Assembly: GCF_009914755.1 (NCBI RefSeq)
Contig: NC_060928.1
Reading direction: 5' to 3' (one strand)
Origin: the human T2T-CHM13v2.0 reference genome, Homo sapiens
Length of the DNA stretch: 64,000 nt
Within the stretch, counting starts at the first letter, position 1; each line of letters starts with the position of its first letter. Under the pieces are notes generated by a model. It ran no database searches. It had not been told where the DNA came from and saw nothing but the letters and a program-made list of their open reading frames with translations. Positions 1-11,776 of the stretch are shown here, in pieces. Made by a program: the position numbers and the translations under genes.

Positions 1-46
1 CCTATGGTGAAAAAGGAAATATCTTCCCATAAAAACTAGACAGAAG
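1..46 (+). repeat. 3' end of monomer m19 of the preceding HOR (partial)
   Basis: cctatggtgaaaaaggaaatatcttcccataaaaactagacagaag matches the m19 end seen elsewhere, e.g. just before 16026. Confidence 0.9.
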
Positions 47-172
47 CATTCTCAGAAACTTGTTTGTGATGTGTGTATTCAACTAACAGAGTTGAACTTT
101 TGTTTTTACAGAGCCGTTTTAAAACACTCTTTTTGTGGAATCAGAAAGTGGATATTCGGATGGCTCTGAGGA

Positions 173-189
173 TTTCGTTGGAAGCGGGA
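173..189 (+). promoter_or_regulatory. Intact CENP-B box in m1 (recurs in every unit)
   Basis: tTTCGttggAagCGGGa matches nTTCGnnnnAnnCGGGn. Confidence 0.92.
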
Positions 190-339
190 TTACATATAAA
201 ATCTAGAGAGAAGCATTCTCAGGAACTTCTTTGTGATGTTTGCATTGAAGTCACAGAATTGAACATTCACTTTGATAGAGCAGGTTTGAAACACTCATTC
301 TGTAGTATCTGGAAGTGGACATTTCAAGCGCTTTCAGGC

Positions 340-356
340 CTATGGTGAGAAAGGAA
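340..356 (+). promoter_or_regulatory. A-box / pJalpha-type motif of A monomer m2 (equivalents in m5, m7, m9, m12, m14, m16, m19)
   Basis: ctatggtgagaaaggaa sits at the position occupied by the CENP-B box in B monomers. Confidence 0.75.
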
Positions 357-510
357 ATATCTTCGAATAAAAACTAGACAGAAGCATCCTCAGAAACTTA
401 TTTGTGATGTGTGTCCTCAACTAACAGAGTTGAAACTTTGTTTTGATACAGCATTTTGGAAACACTCTTTTTGTAGAATCTGCAGGTGGATATTTGGATA
501 GCTTAGAGGG

Positions 511-527
511 ATTCGTTGGAAAGGGGA
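511..527 (+). promoter_or_regulatory. Degenerate CENP-B box in m3 (fixed in the HOR)
   Basis: aTTCGttggAaaGGGGa: the essential CGGG is GGGG. Confidence 0.85.
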
Positions 528-680
528 TATCTTCATATAAAATCTAGACAGAAGCATTCTCAGAAACTTATTTGTGATGTGTGTCCTCAACTAACAGAGT
601 TGAACCTTGGTTTTGATACAGCATTTTGGAAACACTCCTTTTGTAGAATCTGCAGGTGGATATGTGGATAGCTCTGAAGA

Positions 681-697
681 TTTCGTTGGAAACGGGA
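681..697 (+). promoter_or_regulatory. Intact CENP-B box in m4
   Basis: tTTCGttggAaaCGGGa. Confidence 0.92.
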
Positions 698-1021
698 ATT
701 TCTTCATATAAAATCAAACAGAAGCATTCTCAGAAACTTCTCAGTGATGTTTGCATTCAGCTCATGGAGTTGAACACTTCCTTTCATAGAGCCGGTTTGA
801 AACACTCTTTCTGCACTACCTGGAAGAGGACATTTCGAGCGCTTTGAGTCCTATGGTGAAAAAGGAAATATCTTCTCATAAAAACCAGAAAGAAGCATTC
901 TCAGAAACTTCTTTGTGTTGTGTGTACTCATGTAACAGTGTTGAACCATCCTTTTGACAGAGCAGTTTTGAAACACTCTTTTTGTAGAATCTGCAAGTGG
1001 ATATTTGGATAGCTTTGAAGA

Positions 1022-1038
1022 TTTCGTTGGAAACGGGA
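1022..1038 (+). promoter_or_regulatory. Intact CENP-B box in m6
   Basis: tTTCGttggAaaCGGGa. Confidence 0.92.
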
Positions 1039-1359
1039 TGACATATAATATCTAGAGAGAAGCATTCTCAGGAACTTCTTTGTGATGTTTGCATTCAAGT
1101 CACAGAATTGAACATTCCCTTTCATAGAGCAGGTTTGAAACACTCTTTCTCTAGTATCTGGAAGTGGGCATTTCAAGCGCTTTCAGGCCTATGGAGAGAA
1201 AGGAAATACCTTCAAATAAAAACTAGACAGAAGCATTCTCAGAAACTTATTTGTGATGTGTGTCCTCAACTAACAGAGTTGAACCTTTGTTTTGATACAG
1301 CATTTTGGAAACACTCCTTTTGTAGAATCTGCAGGTGGATATTTGGATAACTTTGAAGA

Positions 1360-1376
1360 TTTCGTTGGAAACCGGA
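1360..1376 (+). promoter_or_regulatory. Degenerate CENP-B box in m8 (fixed in the HOR)
   Basis: tTTCGttggAaaCCGGa: CGGG is CCGG. Confidence 0.85.
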
Positions 1377-1702
1377 ATATCTTCATATAAAATCAAGACA
1401 GAAGCATTCTCGGAAACATCTCTGTGATGTTTGCATTCAACTCAGTAGAGTTGAACACTTCCTTTCATAGAGCCGGTTTGAAACACTCTTTCTGCACTAC
1501 CTGGAAGCGGACATTTCGAGCGCTTTGAGGCCTATGGTGAAAAAGGAAATATCTTCTCATAAAAACCAGAAAGAAGCATTCTCAGAAACTTCTTTGTGTT
1601 GTGTGTACTCAAGTAACAGTGTTGAACCTTCCTTTTGACACAGCAGTTTTGAAAAACTCTTTTGGTAGAATCTGCAAGTGGATATTTGGATAGCTTTGAG
1701 GA

Positions 1703-1719
1703 TTTCGTTGGAAACGGGT
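1703..1719 (+). promoter_or_regulatory. Intact CENP-B box in m10
   Basis: tTTCGttggAaaCGGGt. Confidence 0.9.
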
Positions 1720-1872
1720 TATCTTCATATAAAATCCAGACAGGAGCATTCTCAGAAACTTCTTTGTGCTGCATGTCCTCAATTCACAGAGCTGAACCTT
1801 TGTTTGGATACAGCATTTTGGAAACATTCCTTTAGTAGAATCTGCAAGTTGATATTTAGATAGCTTTGAAGA

Positions 1873-1889
1873 TTTCGTTGGAAACGGGA
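1873..1889 (+). promoter_or_regulatory. Intact CENP-B box in m11
   Basis: tTTCGttggAaaCGGGa. Confidence 0.92.
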
Positions 1890-2212
1890 ATATCTTCATA
1901 GAAAATCTAGACGGAAGCATTCTCAGAAACTGCTTTGTGATGTTTGCATTCAAGTCACAGAGTTGAATATTCCCTTTTATAGAGTAGGTTTGAAACACTC
2001 TTTCGGCACTACCTGGAAGTGGATATTTCGAGCTCTTTGAGGCCTATGGTTAAAAGGAAATATCTTCCCATAAAAACTAGACAGAAGCCGTCTCAGAAAC
2101 TTGTTTGTGATGTGTGTATTCAACTACCAGAGTTGAACATTTCTGTTACAGAGCAATTTTAAAACACTCTTTTTGTGGAATCTGAAAGTGGATAATTGGA
2201 TAGCTTTGTGGA

Positions 2213-2229
2213 TTTCGTTGGAAACGGGA
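2213..2229 (+). promoter_or_regulatory. Intact CENP-B box in m13
   Basis: tTTCGttggAaaCGGGa. Confidence 0.92.
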
Positions 2230-2550
2230 TGACGTATAAAATCTAGAGAGAAGCATTCTCAGGAACTTCTTTGTGATGTTTGCATTCAAGTCACAGAATT
2301 GAACATTCCTTTTCATAGTGCAGGTTTGAAACACTCTTTCTGTAGTATCTGGAAGTGGACATTTCAAGCGCTTTCAGGCCTACGGGGAGAAAGGAAATAT
2401 CTTCAAATAAAAACTACACAGAAGGATTCTCAGAAACTTATTTGTGATGTGTGTCCTAAACGAACACAGTTGAACCTTTGTTTAGATACAGCATTTTGGA
2501 AACACTCCTTTTGTAGGATCTGCAGGTGGATATTTGGATAGATTTTAAGA

Positions 2551-2567
2551 TTTCGTTGGAAACGGGA
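2551..2567 (+). promoter_or_regulatory. Intact CENP-B box in m15
   Basis: tTTCGttggAaaCGGGa. Confidence 0.92.
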
Positions 2568-2892
2568 GTTTCTTCATAGAAACTCAAGACAGATGCATTC
2601 TCAGAAACATCTCTGTGATGTTTGCATTCCACTCATAGAGTTGAAAACTTCCTTTCATAGAGCAGGTTTGAAACACTCTTTTTGTAATATTTGGAAGTGG
2701 ACATTTGCAGCGCTTTGAGGCCTATGGTGAAAAAGGAAATATCTTCTCATAAATACCAGAAACAAGCATTCTCAGAAACTTCTTTTTGATGTGTGTACTC
2801 AAGTAACAGAGTTGAACCTTCCTTTTGACACAGCAGTTTTGAAACAATCTTTTTGTAGAATCTGCAAGTGGATATTTGGATACCTTTGAGGA

Positions 2893-2909
2893 TTTCATTG
2901 GAAACGGGA
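2893..2909 (+). promoter_or_regulatory. m17 CENP-B box, mutated in this copy (intact in most copies, e.g. 7142-7158)
   Basis: tTTCAttggAaaCGGGa: TTCG is TTCA at 2897. Confidence 0.85.
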
Positions 2910-3062
2910 TATCTTCATATAAAATCTAGACAGAAGCATTCTCAGAAACTTCTTTGTGCTGTATGTCCTCAATTAACAGAGTTGAACCATTGCTTGGATA
3001 CAGCATTTTGAAAACATTCCTTGAGTAGAATCTGCAAGTTGATATTTAGATAGATTTGAAGA

Positions 3063-3079
3063 TTTCGTTGGAAAAGGGA
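3063..3079 (+). promoter_or_regulatory. Degenerate CENP-B box in m18 (fixed in the HOR)
   Basis: tTTCGttggAaaAGGGa: CGGG is AGGG. Confidence 0.85.
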
Positions 3080-3278
3080 ATATCTCCATATAAAATCTAG
3101 ACGGAAGCATTCTCAGAAACTGCTTTGTGATGTTTCCATTCAAGTCACAGAGTTGAATATTCCCTTTTATAGAGCACGTTTGAAACACTCTTTCTGCACT
3201 ATCTGGAAGTGGACATTTCGAGCGCTTTGAGGCCTATGGTGAAAAAGGAAATATCTTCCCATAAAAATTAGACAGAAG

Positions 3279-4295
3279 CATTCTCAGAAACTTGTTTGTG
3301 ATGTGTGTATTCAACTAACAGGGTTGAACTTTTGTTTTTACAGAGCCGTTTTAAAACACTCTTTTTGTGGAATCAGAAAGTGGATATTCGGATGGCTCTG
3401 AGGATTTCGTTGGAAGCGGGATTACATATAAAATCTAGAGAGAAGCATTCTCAGGAACTTCTTTGTGATGTTTGCATTGAAGTCACAGAATTGAACATTC
3501 ACTTTGATAGAGCAGGTTTGAAACACTCATTCTGTAGTATCTGGAAGTGGACATTTCAAGCGCTTTCAGGCCTATGGTGAGAAAGGAAATATCTTCGAAT
3601 AAAAACTAGACAGAAGCATCCTCAGAAACTTATTTGTGATGTGTGTCCTCAACTAACAGAGTTGAAACTTTGTTTTGATACAGCATTTTGGAAACACTCT
3701 TTTTGTAGAATCTGCAGGTGGATATGTGGATAGCTCTGAAGATTTCGTTGGAAACGGGAATTTCTTCATATAAAATCAAACAGAAGCATTCTCAGAAACT
3801 TCTCAGTGATGTTTGCATTCAGCTCATGGAGTTGAACACTTCCTTTCATAGAGCCGGTTTGAAACACTCTTTCTGCACTACCTGGAAGAGGCCATTTCGA
3901 GCGCTTTGAGTCCTATGGTGAAAAAGGAAATATCTTCTCATAAAAACCAGAAAGAAGCATTCTCAGAAACTTCTTTGTGTTGTGTGTACTCATGTAACAG
4001 TGTTGAACCATCCTTTTGACAGAGCAGTTTTGAAACACTCTTTTTGTAGAATCTGCAAGTGGATATTTGGATAGCTTTGAGGATTTCGTTGGAAACGGGA
4101 TGACATATAATATCTAGAGAGAAGCATTCTCAGGAACTTCTTTTTGCTGTTTGCATTCAAGTCACAGAATTGAACATTCCCTTTCATAGAGCAGATTTGA
4201 AACACTCTTTCTCTAGTATCTGGAAGTGGGCATTTCAAGCGCTTTCAGGCCTATTGAGAGAAAGGAAATACCTTCAAATAAAAACTAGACAGAAG
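3279..4295 (+). repeat. U2: 6-mer structural variant (m1, m2, m3/m4 hybrid, m5, m6, m7; 1,017 bp)
   Basis: Marker spacing 3305 to 4322; after m7 the sequence returns to m1. Confidence 0.93.
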
Positions 4296-7200
4296 CATTC
4301 TCAGAAACTTGTTTGTGATGTGTGTATTCAACTAACAGAGTTGAACTTTTGTTTTTACAGAGCCGTTTTAAAACACTCTTTTTGTGGAATCAGAAAGTGG
4401 ATATTCGGATGGCTCTGAGGATTTCGTTGGAAGCGGGATTACATATAAAATCTAGAGAGAAGCATTCTCAGGAACTTCTTTGTGATGTTTGCATTGAAGT
4501 CACAGAATTGAACATTCACTTTGATAGAGCAGGTTTGAAACACTCATTCTGTAGTATCTGGAAGTGGACATTTCAAGCGCTTTCAGGCCTATGGTGAGAA
4601 AGGAAATATCTTCGAATAAAAACTAGACAGAAGCATCCTCAGAAACTTATTTGTGATGTGTGTCCTCAACTAACAGAGTTGAAACTTTGTTTTGATACAG
4701 CATTTTGGAAACACTCTTTTTGTAGAATCTGCAGGTGGATATTTGGATAGCTTAGAGGGATTCGTTGGAAAGGGGATATCTTCATATAAAATCTAGACAG
4801 AAGCATTCTCAGAAACTTATTTGTGATGTGTGTCCTCAACTAACAGAGTTGAACCTTGGTTTTGATACAGCATTTTGGAAACACTCCTTTTGTAGAATCT
4901 GCAGGTGGATATGTGGATAGCTCTGAAGATTTCGTTGGAAACGGGAATTTCTTCATATAAAATCAAACAGAAGCATTCTCAGAAACTTCTCAGTGATGTT
5001 TGCATTCAGCTCATGGAGTTGAACACTTCCTTTCATAGAGCCGGTTTGAAACACTCTTTCTGCACTACCTGGAAGAGGACATTTCGAGCGCTTTGAGTCC
5101 TATGGTGAAAAAGGAAATATCTTCTCATAAAAACCAGAAAGAAGCATTCTCAGAAACTTCTTTGTGTTGTGTGTACTCATGTAACAGTGTTGAACCATCC
5201 TTTTGACAGAGCAGTTTTGAAACACTCTTTTTGTAGAATCTGCAAGTGGATATTTGGATAGCTTTGAGGATTTCGTTGGAAACGGGATGACATATAATAT
5301 CTAGAGAGAAGCATTCTCAGGAACTTCTTTGTGATGTTTGCATTCAAGTCACAGAATTGAACATTCCCTTTCATAGAGCAGGTTTGAAACACTCTTTCTC
5401 TAGTATCTGGAAGTGGGCATTTCAAGCGCTTTCAGGCCTATGGAGAGAAAGGAAATACCTTCAAATAAAAACTAGACAGAAGCATTCTCAGAAACTTATT
5501 TGTGATGTGTGTCCTCAACTAACAGAGTTGAACCTTTGTTTTGATACAGCATTTTGGAAACACTCCTTTTGTAGAATCTGCAGGTGGATATTTGGATAAC
5601 TTTGAAGATTTCGTTGGAAACCGGAATATCTTCATATAAAATCAAGACAGAAGCATTCTCGGAAACATCTCTGTGATGTTTGCATTCAACTCAGTAGAGT
5701 TGAACACTTCCTTTCATAGAGCCGGTTTGAAACACTCTTTCTGCACTACCTGGAAGCGGACATTTCGAGTGCTTTGAGGCCTATGGTGAAAAAGGAAATA
5801 TCTTCTCATAAAAACCAGAAAGAAGCATTCTCAGAAACTTCTTTGTGTTGTGTGTACTCAAGTAACAGTGTTGAACCTTCCTTTTGACACAGCAGTTTTG
5901 AAACACTCTTTTGGTAGAATCTGCAAGTGGATATTTGGATAGCTTTGAGGATTTCGTTGGAAACGGGTTATCTTCATATAAAATCCAGACAGGAGCATTC
6001 TCAGAAACTTCTTTGTGCTGCATGTCCTCAATTCACAGAGCTGAACCTTTGTTTGGATACAGCATTTTGGAAACATTCCTTTAGTAGAATCTGCAAGTTG
6101 ATATTTAGATAGCTTTGAAGATTTCGTTGGAAACGGGAATATCTTCATAGAAAATCTAGACGGAAGCATTCTCAGAAACTGCTTTGTGATGTTTGCATTC
6201 AAGTCACAGAGTTGAATATTCCCTTTTATAGAGTAGGTTTGAAACACTCTTTCGGCACTACCTGGAAGTGGATATTTCGAGCTCTTTGAGGCCTATGGTT
6301 AAAAGGAAATATCTTCCCATAAAAACTAGACAGAAGCCGTCTCAGAAACTTGTTTGTGATGTGTGTATTCAACTACCAGAGTTGAACATTTCTGTTACAG
6401 AGCAATTTTAAAACACTCTTTTTGTGGAATCTGAAAGTGGATAATTGGATAGCTTTGTGGATTTCGTTGGAAACGGGATGACGTATAAAATCTAGAGAGA
6501 AGCATTCTCAGGAACTTCTTTGTGATGTTTGCATTCAAGTCACAGAATTGAACATTCCTTTTCATAGTGCAGGTTTGAAACACTCTTTCTGTAGTATCTG
6601 GAAGTGGACATTTCAAGCGCTTTCAGGCCTACGGGGAGAAACGAAATATCTTCAAATAAAAACTAGACAGAAGGATTCTCAGAAACTTATTTGTGATGTG
6701 TGTCCTAAACGAACACAGTTGAACCTTTGTTTAGATACAGCATTTTGGAAACACTCCTTTTGTAGGATCTGCAGGTGGATATTTGGATAGATTTTAAGAT
6801 TTCGTTGGAAACGGGAGTTTCTTCATAGAAACTCAAGACAGATGCATTCTCAGAAACATCTCTGTGATGTTTGCATTCCACTCATAGAGTTGAAAACTTC
6901 CTTTCATAGAGCAGGTTTGAAACACTCTTTTTGTAATATTTGGAAGTGGACATTTGCAGCGCTTTGAGGCCTATGGTGAAAAAGGAAATATCTTCTCATA
7001 AAAACCAGAAACAAGCATTCTCAGAAACTTCTTTTTGATGTGTGTACTCAAGTAACAGAGTTGAACCTTCCTTTTGACACAGCAGTTTTGAAACAATCTT
7101 TTTGTAGAATCTGCAAGTGGATATTTGGATAGCTTTGAGGATTTCGTTGGAAACGGGATATCTTCATATAAAATCTAGACAGAAGCATTCTCAGAAACTT

Positions 7201-7527
7201 CTTTGTGCTGTATGTCCTCAATTAACAGAGTTGAACCATTGCTTGGATACAGCATTTTGGAAACATTCCTTGAGTAGAATCTGCAAGTTGATATTGAGAT
7301 AGATTTGAAGATTTCGTTGGAAAAGGGAATATCTCCATATAAAATCTAGACGGAAGCATTCTCAGAAACTGCTTTGTGATGTTTCCATTCAAGTCACAGA
7401 GTTGAATATTCCCTTTTATAGAGCACGTTTGAAACACTCTTTCTGCACTATCTGGAAGTGGACATTTCGAGCGCTTTGAGGCCTATGGTGAAAAAGGAAA
7501 TATCTTCCCATAAAAATTAGACAGAAG
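4296..7527 (+). repeat. U3: 19-mer HOR, haplotype L
   Basis: 3,232-bp spacing; markers T5770, C6642, G7296. Confidence 0.95.
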
Positions 7528-8544
7528 CATTCTCAGAAACTTGTTTGTGATGTGTGTATTCAACTAACAGAGTTGAACTTTTGTTTTTACAGAGCCGTTT
7601 TAAAACACTCTTTTTGTGGAATCAGAAAGTGGATATTCGGATGGCTCTGAGGATTTCGTTGGAAGCGGGATTACATATAAAATCTAGAGAGAAGCATTCT
7701 CAGGAACTTCTTTGTGATGTTTGCATTGAAGTCACAGAATTGAACATTCACTTTGATAGAGCAGGTTTGAAACACTCATTCTGTAGTATCTGGAAGTGGA
7801 CATTTCAAGCGCTTTCAGGCCTATGGTGAGAAAGGAAATATCTTCGAATAAAAACTAGACAGAAGCATCCTCAGAAACTTATTTGTGATGTGTGTCCTCA
7901 ACTAACAGAGTTGAAACTTTGTTTTGATACAGCATTTTGGAAACACTCCTTTTGTAGAATCTGCAGGTGGATATGTGGATAGCTCTGAAGATTTCGTTGG
8001 AAACGGGAATTTCTTCATATAAAATCAAACAGAAGCATTCTCAGAAACTTCTCAGTGATGTTTGCATTCAGCTCATGGAGTTGAACACTTCCTTTCATAG
8101 AGCCGGTTTGAAACACTCTTTCTGCACTACCTGGAAGAGGCCATTTCGAGCGCTTTGAGTCCTATGGTGAAAAAGGAAATATCTTCTCATAAAAACCAGA
8201 AAGAAGCATTCTCAGAAACTTCTTTGTGTTGTGTGTACTCATGTAACAGTGTTGAACCATCCTTTTGACAGAGCAGTTTTGAAACACTCTTTTTGTAGAA
8301 TCTGCAAGTGGATATTTGGATAGCTTTGAGGATTTCGTTGGAAACGGGATGACATATAATATCTAGAGAGAAGCATTCTCAGGAACTTCTTTGTGCTGTT
8401 TGCATTCAAGTCACAGAATTGAACATTCCCTTTCATAGTGCAGATTTGAAACACTCTTTCTCTAGTATCTGGAAGTGGGCATTTCAAGCGCTTTCAGGCC
8501 TATTGAGAGAAAGGAAATACCTTCAAATAAAAACTAGACAGAAG
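7528..8544 (+). repeat. U4: 6-mer variant
   Basis: 1,017-bp spacing; marker catagTgcagattt at 8439. Confidence 0.93.
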
Positions 8545-11500
8545 CATTCTCAGAAACTTGTTTGTGATGTGTGTATTCAACTAACAGAGTTGAACTTTTG
8601 TTTTTACAGAGCCGTTTTAAAACACTCTTTTTGTGGAATCAGAAAGTGGATATTCGGATGGCTCTGAGGATTTCGTTGGAAGCGGGATTACATATAAAAT
8701 CTAGAGAGAAGCATTCTCAGGAACTTCTTTGTGATGTTTGCATTGAAGTCACAGAATTGAACATTCACTTTGATAGAGCAGGTTTGAAACACTCATTCTG
8801 TAGTATCTGGAAGTGGACATTTCAAGCGCTTTCAGGCCTATGGTGAGAAAGGAAATATCTTCGAATAAAAACTAGACAGAAGCATCCTCAGAAACTTATT
8901 TGTGATGTGTGTCCTCAACTAACAGAGTTGAAACTTTGTTTTGATACAGCATTTTGGAAACACTCTTTTTGTAGAATCTGCAGGTGGATATTTGGATAGC
9001 TTAGAGGGATTCGTTGGAAAGGGGATATCTTCATATAAAATCTAGACAGAAGCATTCTCAGAAACTTATTTGTGATGTGTGTCCTCAACTAACAGAGTTG
9101 AACCTTGGTTTTGATACAGCATTTTGGAAACACTCCTTTTGTAGAATCTGCAGGTGGATATGTGGATAGCTCTGAAGATTTCGTTGGAAACGGGAATTTC
9201 TTCATATAAAATCAAACAGAAGCATTCTCAGAAACTTCTCAGTGATGTTTGCATTCAGCTCATGGAGTTGAACACTTCCTTTCATAGAGCCGGTTTGAAA
9301 CACTCTTTCTGCACTACCTGGAAGAGGACATTTCGAGCGCTTTGAGTCCTATGGTGAAAAAGGAAATATCTTCTCATAAAAACCAGAAAGAAGCATTCTC
9401 AGAAACTTCTTTGTGTTGTGTGTACTCATGTAACAGTGTTGAACCATCCTTTTGACAGAGCAGTTTTGAAACACTCTTTTTGTAGAATCTGCAAGTGGAT
9501 ATTTGGATAGCTTTGAGGATTTCGTTGGAAACGGGATGACATATAATATCTAGAGAGAAGCATTCTCAGGAACTTCTTTGTGATGTTTGCATTCAAGTCA
9601 CAGAATTGAACATTCCCTTTCATAGAGCAGGTTTGAAACACTCTTTCTCTAGTATCTGGAAGTGGGCATTTCAAGCGCTTTCAGGCCTATGGAGAGAAAG
9701 GAAATACCTTCAAATAAAAACTAGACAGAAGCATTCTCAGAAACTTATTTGTGATGTGTGTCCTCAACTAACAGAGTTGAACCTTTGTTTTGATACAGCA
9801 TTTTGGAAACACTCCTTTTGTAGAATCTGCAGGTGGATATTTGGATAACTTTGAAGATTTCGTTGGAAACCGGAATATCTTCATATAAAATCAAGACAGA
9901 AGCATTCTCGGAAACATCTCTGTGATGTTTGCATTCAACTCAGTAGAGTTGAACACTTCCTTTCATAGAGCCGGTTTGAAACACTCTTTCTGCACTACCT
10001 GGAAGCGGACATTTCGAGCGCTTTGAGGCCTATGGTGAAAAAGGAAATAGCTTCTCATAAAAACCAGAAAGAAGCATTCTCAGAAACTTCTTTGTGTTGT
10101 GTGTACTCAAGTAACAGTGTTGAACCTTCCTTTTGACACAGCAGTTTTGAAACACTCTTTTGGTAGAATCTGCAAGTGGATATTTGGATAGCTTTGAGGA
10201 TTTCGTTGGAAACGGGTTATCTTCATATAAAATCCAGACAGGAGCATTCTCAGAAACTTCTTTGTGCTGCATGTCCTCAATTCACAGAGCTGAACCTTTG
10301 TTTGGATACAGCATTTTGGAAACATTCCTTTAGTAGAATCTGCAAGTTGATATTTAGATAGCTTTGAAGATTTCGTTGGAAACGGGAATATCTTCATAGA
10401 AAATCTAGACGGAAGCATTCTCAGAAACTGCTTTGTGATGTTTGCATTCAAGTCACAGAGTTGAATATTCCCTTTTATAGAGTAGGTTTGAAACACTCTT
10501 TCGGCACTACCTGGAAGTGGATATTTCGAGCTCTTTGAGGCCTATGGTTAAAAGGAAATATCTTCCCATAAAAACTAGACAGAAGCCGTCTCAGAAACTT
10601 GTTTGTGATGTGTGTATTCAACTACCAGAGTTGAACATTTCTGTTACAGAGCAATTTTAAAACACTCTTTTTGTGGAATCTGAAAGTGGATAATTGGATA
10701 GCTTTGTGGATTTCGTTGGAAACGGGATGACGTATAAAATCTAGAGAGAAGCATTCTCAGGAACTTCTTTGTGATGTTTGCATTCAAGTCACAGAATTGA
10801 ACATTCCTTTTCATAGTGCAGGTTTGAAACACTCTTTCTGTAGTATCTGGAAGTGGACATTTCAAGCGCTTTCAGGCCTACGGGGAGAAAGGAAATATCT
10901 TCAAATAAAAACTAGACAGAAGGATTCTCAGAAACTTATTTGTGATGTGTGTCCTAAACGAACACAGTTGAACCTTTGTTTAGATACAGCATTTTGGAAA
11001 CACTCCTTTTGTAGGATCTGCAGGTGGATATTTGGATAGATTTTAAGATTTCGTTGGAAACGGGAGTTTCTTCATAGAAACTCAAGACAGATGCATTCTC
11101 AGAAACATCTCTGTGATGTTTGCATTCCACTCATAGAGTTGAAAACTTCCTTTCATAGAGCAGGTTTGAAACACTCTTTTTGTAATATTTGGAAGTGGAC
11201 ATTTGCAGCGCTTTGAGGCCTATGGTGAAAAAGGAAATATCTTCTCATAAAAACCAGAAACAAGCATTCTCAGAAACTTCTTTTTGATGTGTGTACTCAA
11301 ATAACAGAGTTGAACCTTCCTTTTGACACAGCAGTTTTGAAACAATCTTTTTGTAGAATCTGCAAGTGGATATTTGGATAGCTTTGAGGATTTCGTTGGA
11401 AACGGGATATCTTCATATAAAATCTAGACAGAAGCATTCTCAGAAACTTCTTTGTGCTGTATGTCCTCAATTAACAGAGTTGAACCATTGCTTGGATACA

Positions 11501-11776
11501 GCATTTTGGAAACATTCCTTGAGTAGAATCTGCAAGTTGATATTGAGATAGATTTGAAGATTTCGTTGGAAAAGGGAATATCTCCATATAAAATCTAGAC
11601 GGAAGCATTCTCAGAAACTGCTTTGTGATGTTTCCATTCAAGTCACAGAGTTGAATATTCCCTTTTATAGAGCACGTTTGAAACACTCTTTCTGCACTAT
11701 CTGGAAGTGGACATTTCGAGCGCTTTGAGGCCTATGGTGAAAAAGGAAATATCTTCCCATAAAAATTAGACAGAAG
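8545..11776 (+). repeat. U5: 19-mer HOR, haplotype L
   Basis: 3,232-bp spacing; marker ggaaataGctt at 10050. Confidence 0.95.

Larger units (their letters stand above)
47..3278 (+). repeat. U1: canonical 19-mer HOR (3,232 bp), haplotype L, with several private SNPs
   Basis: Monomer starts 47,214,385,555,725,896,1063,1234,1405,1577,1747,1918,2088,2254,2425,2596,2767,2937,3108; the next m1 starts at 3279. Confidence 0.95.

Noticed and set aside
190-205. TATA-like catataaaa after many CENP-B boxes
   Set aside because: It is part of the ordinary monomer consensus. Centromeric transcription exists, but a promoter cannot be inferred from this motif alone.
1125-1147. Short imperfect dyad (agag-caggtttgaaaca-ctct) and palindromic sites (agcgct, aggcct, tctaga) in many monomers
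   Set aside because: These are generic alpha-satellite features with short stems. They give no evidence for a terminator or structured RNA specific to this window.
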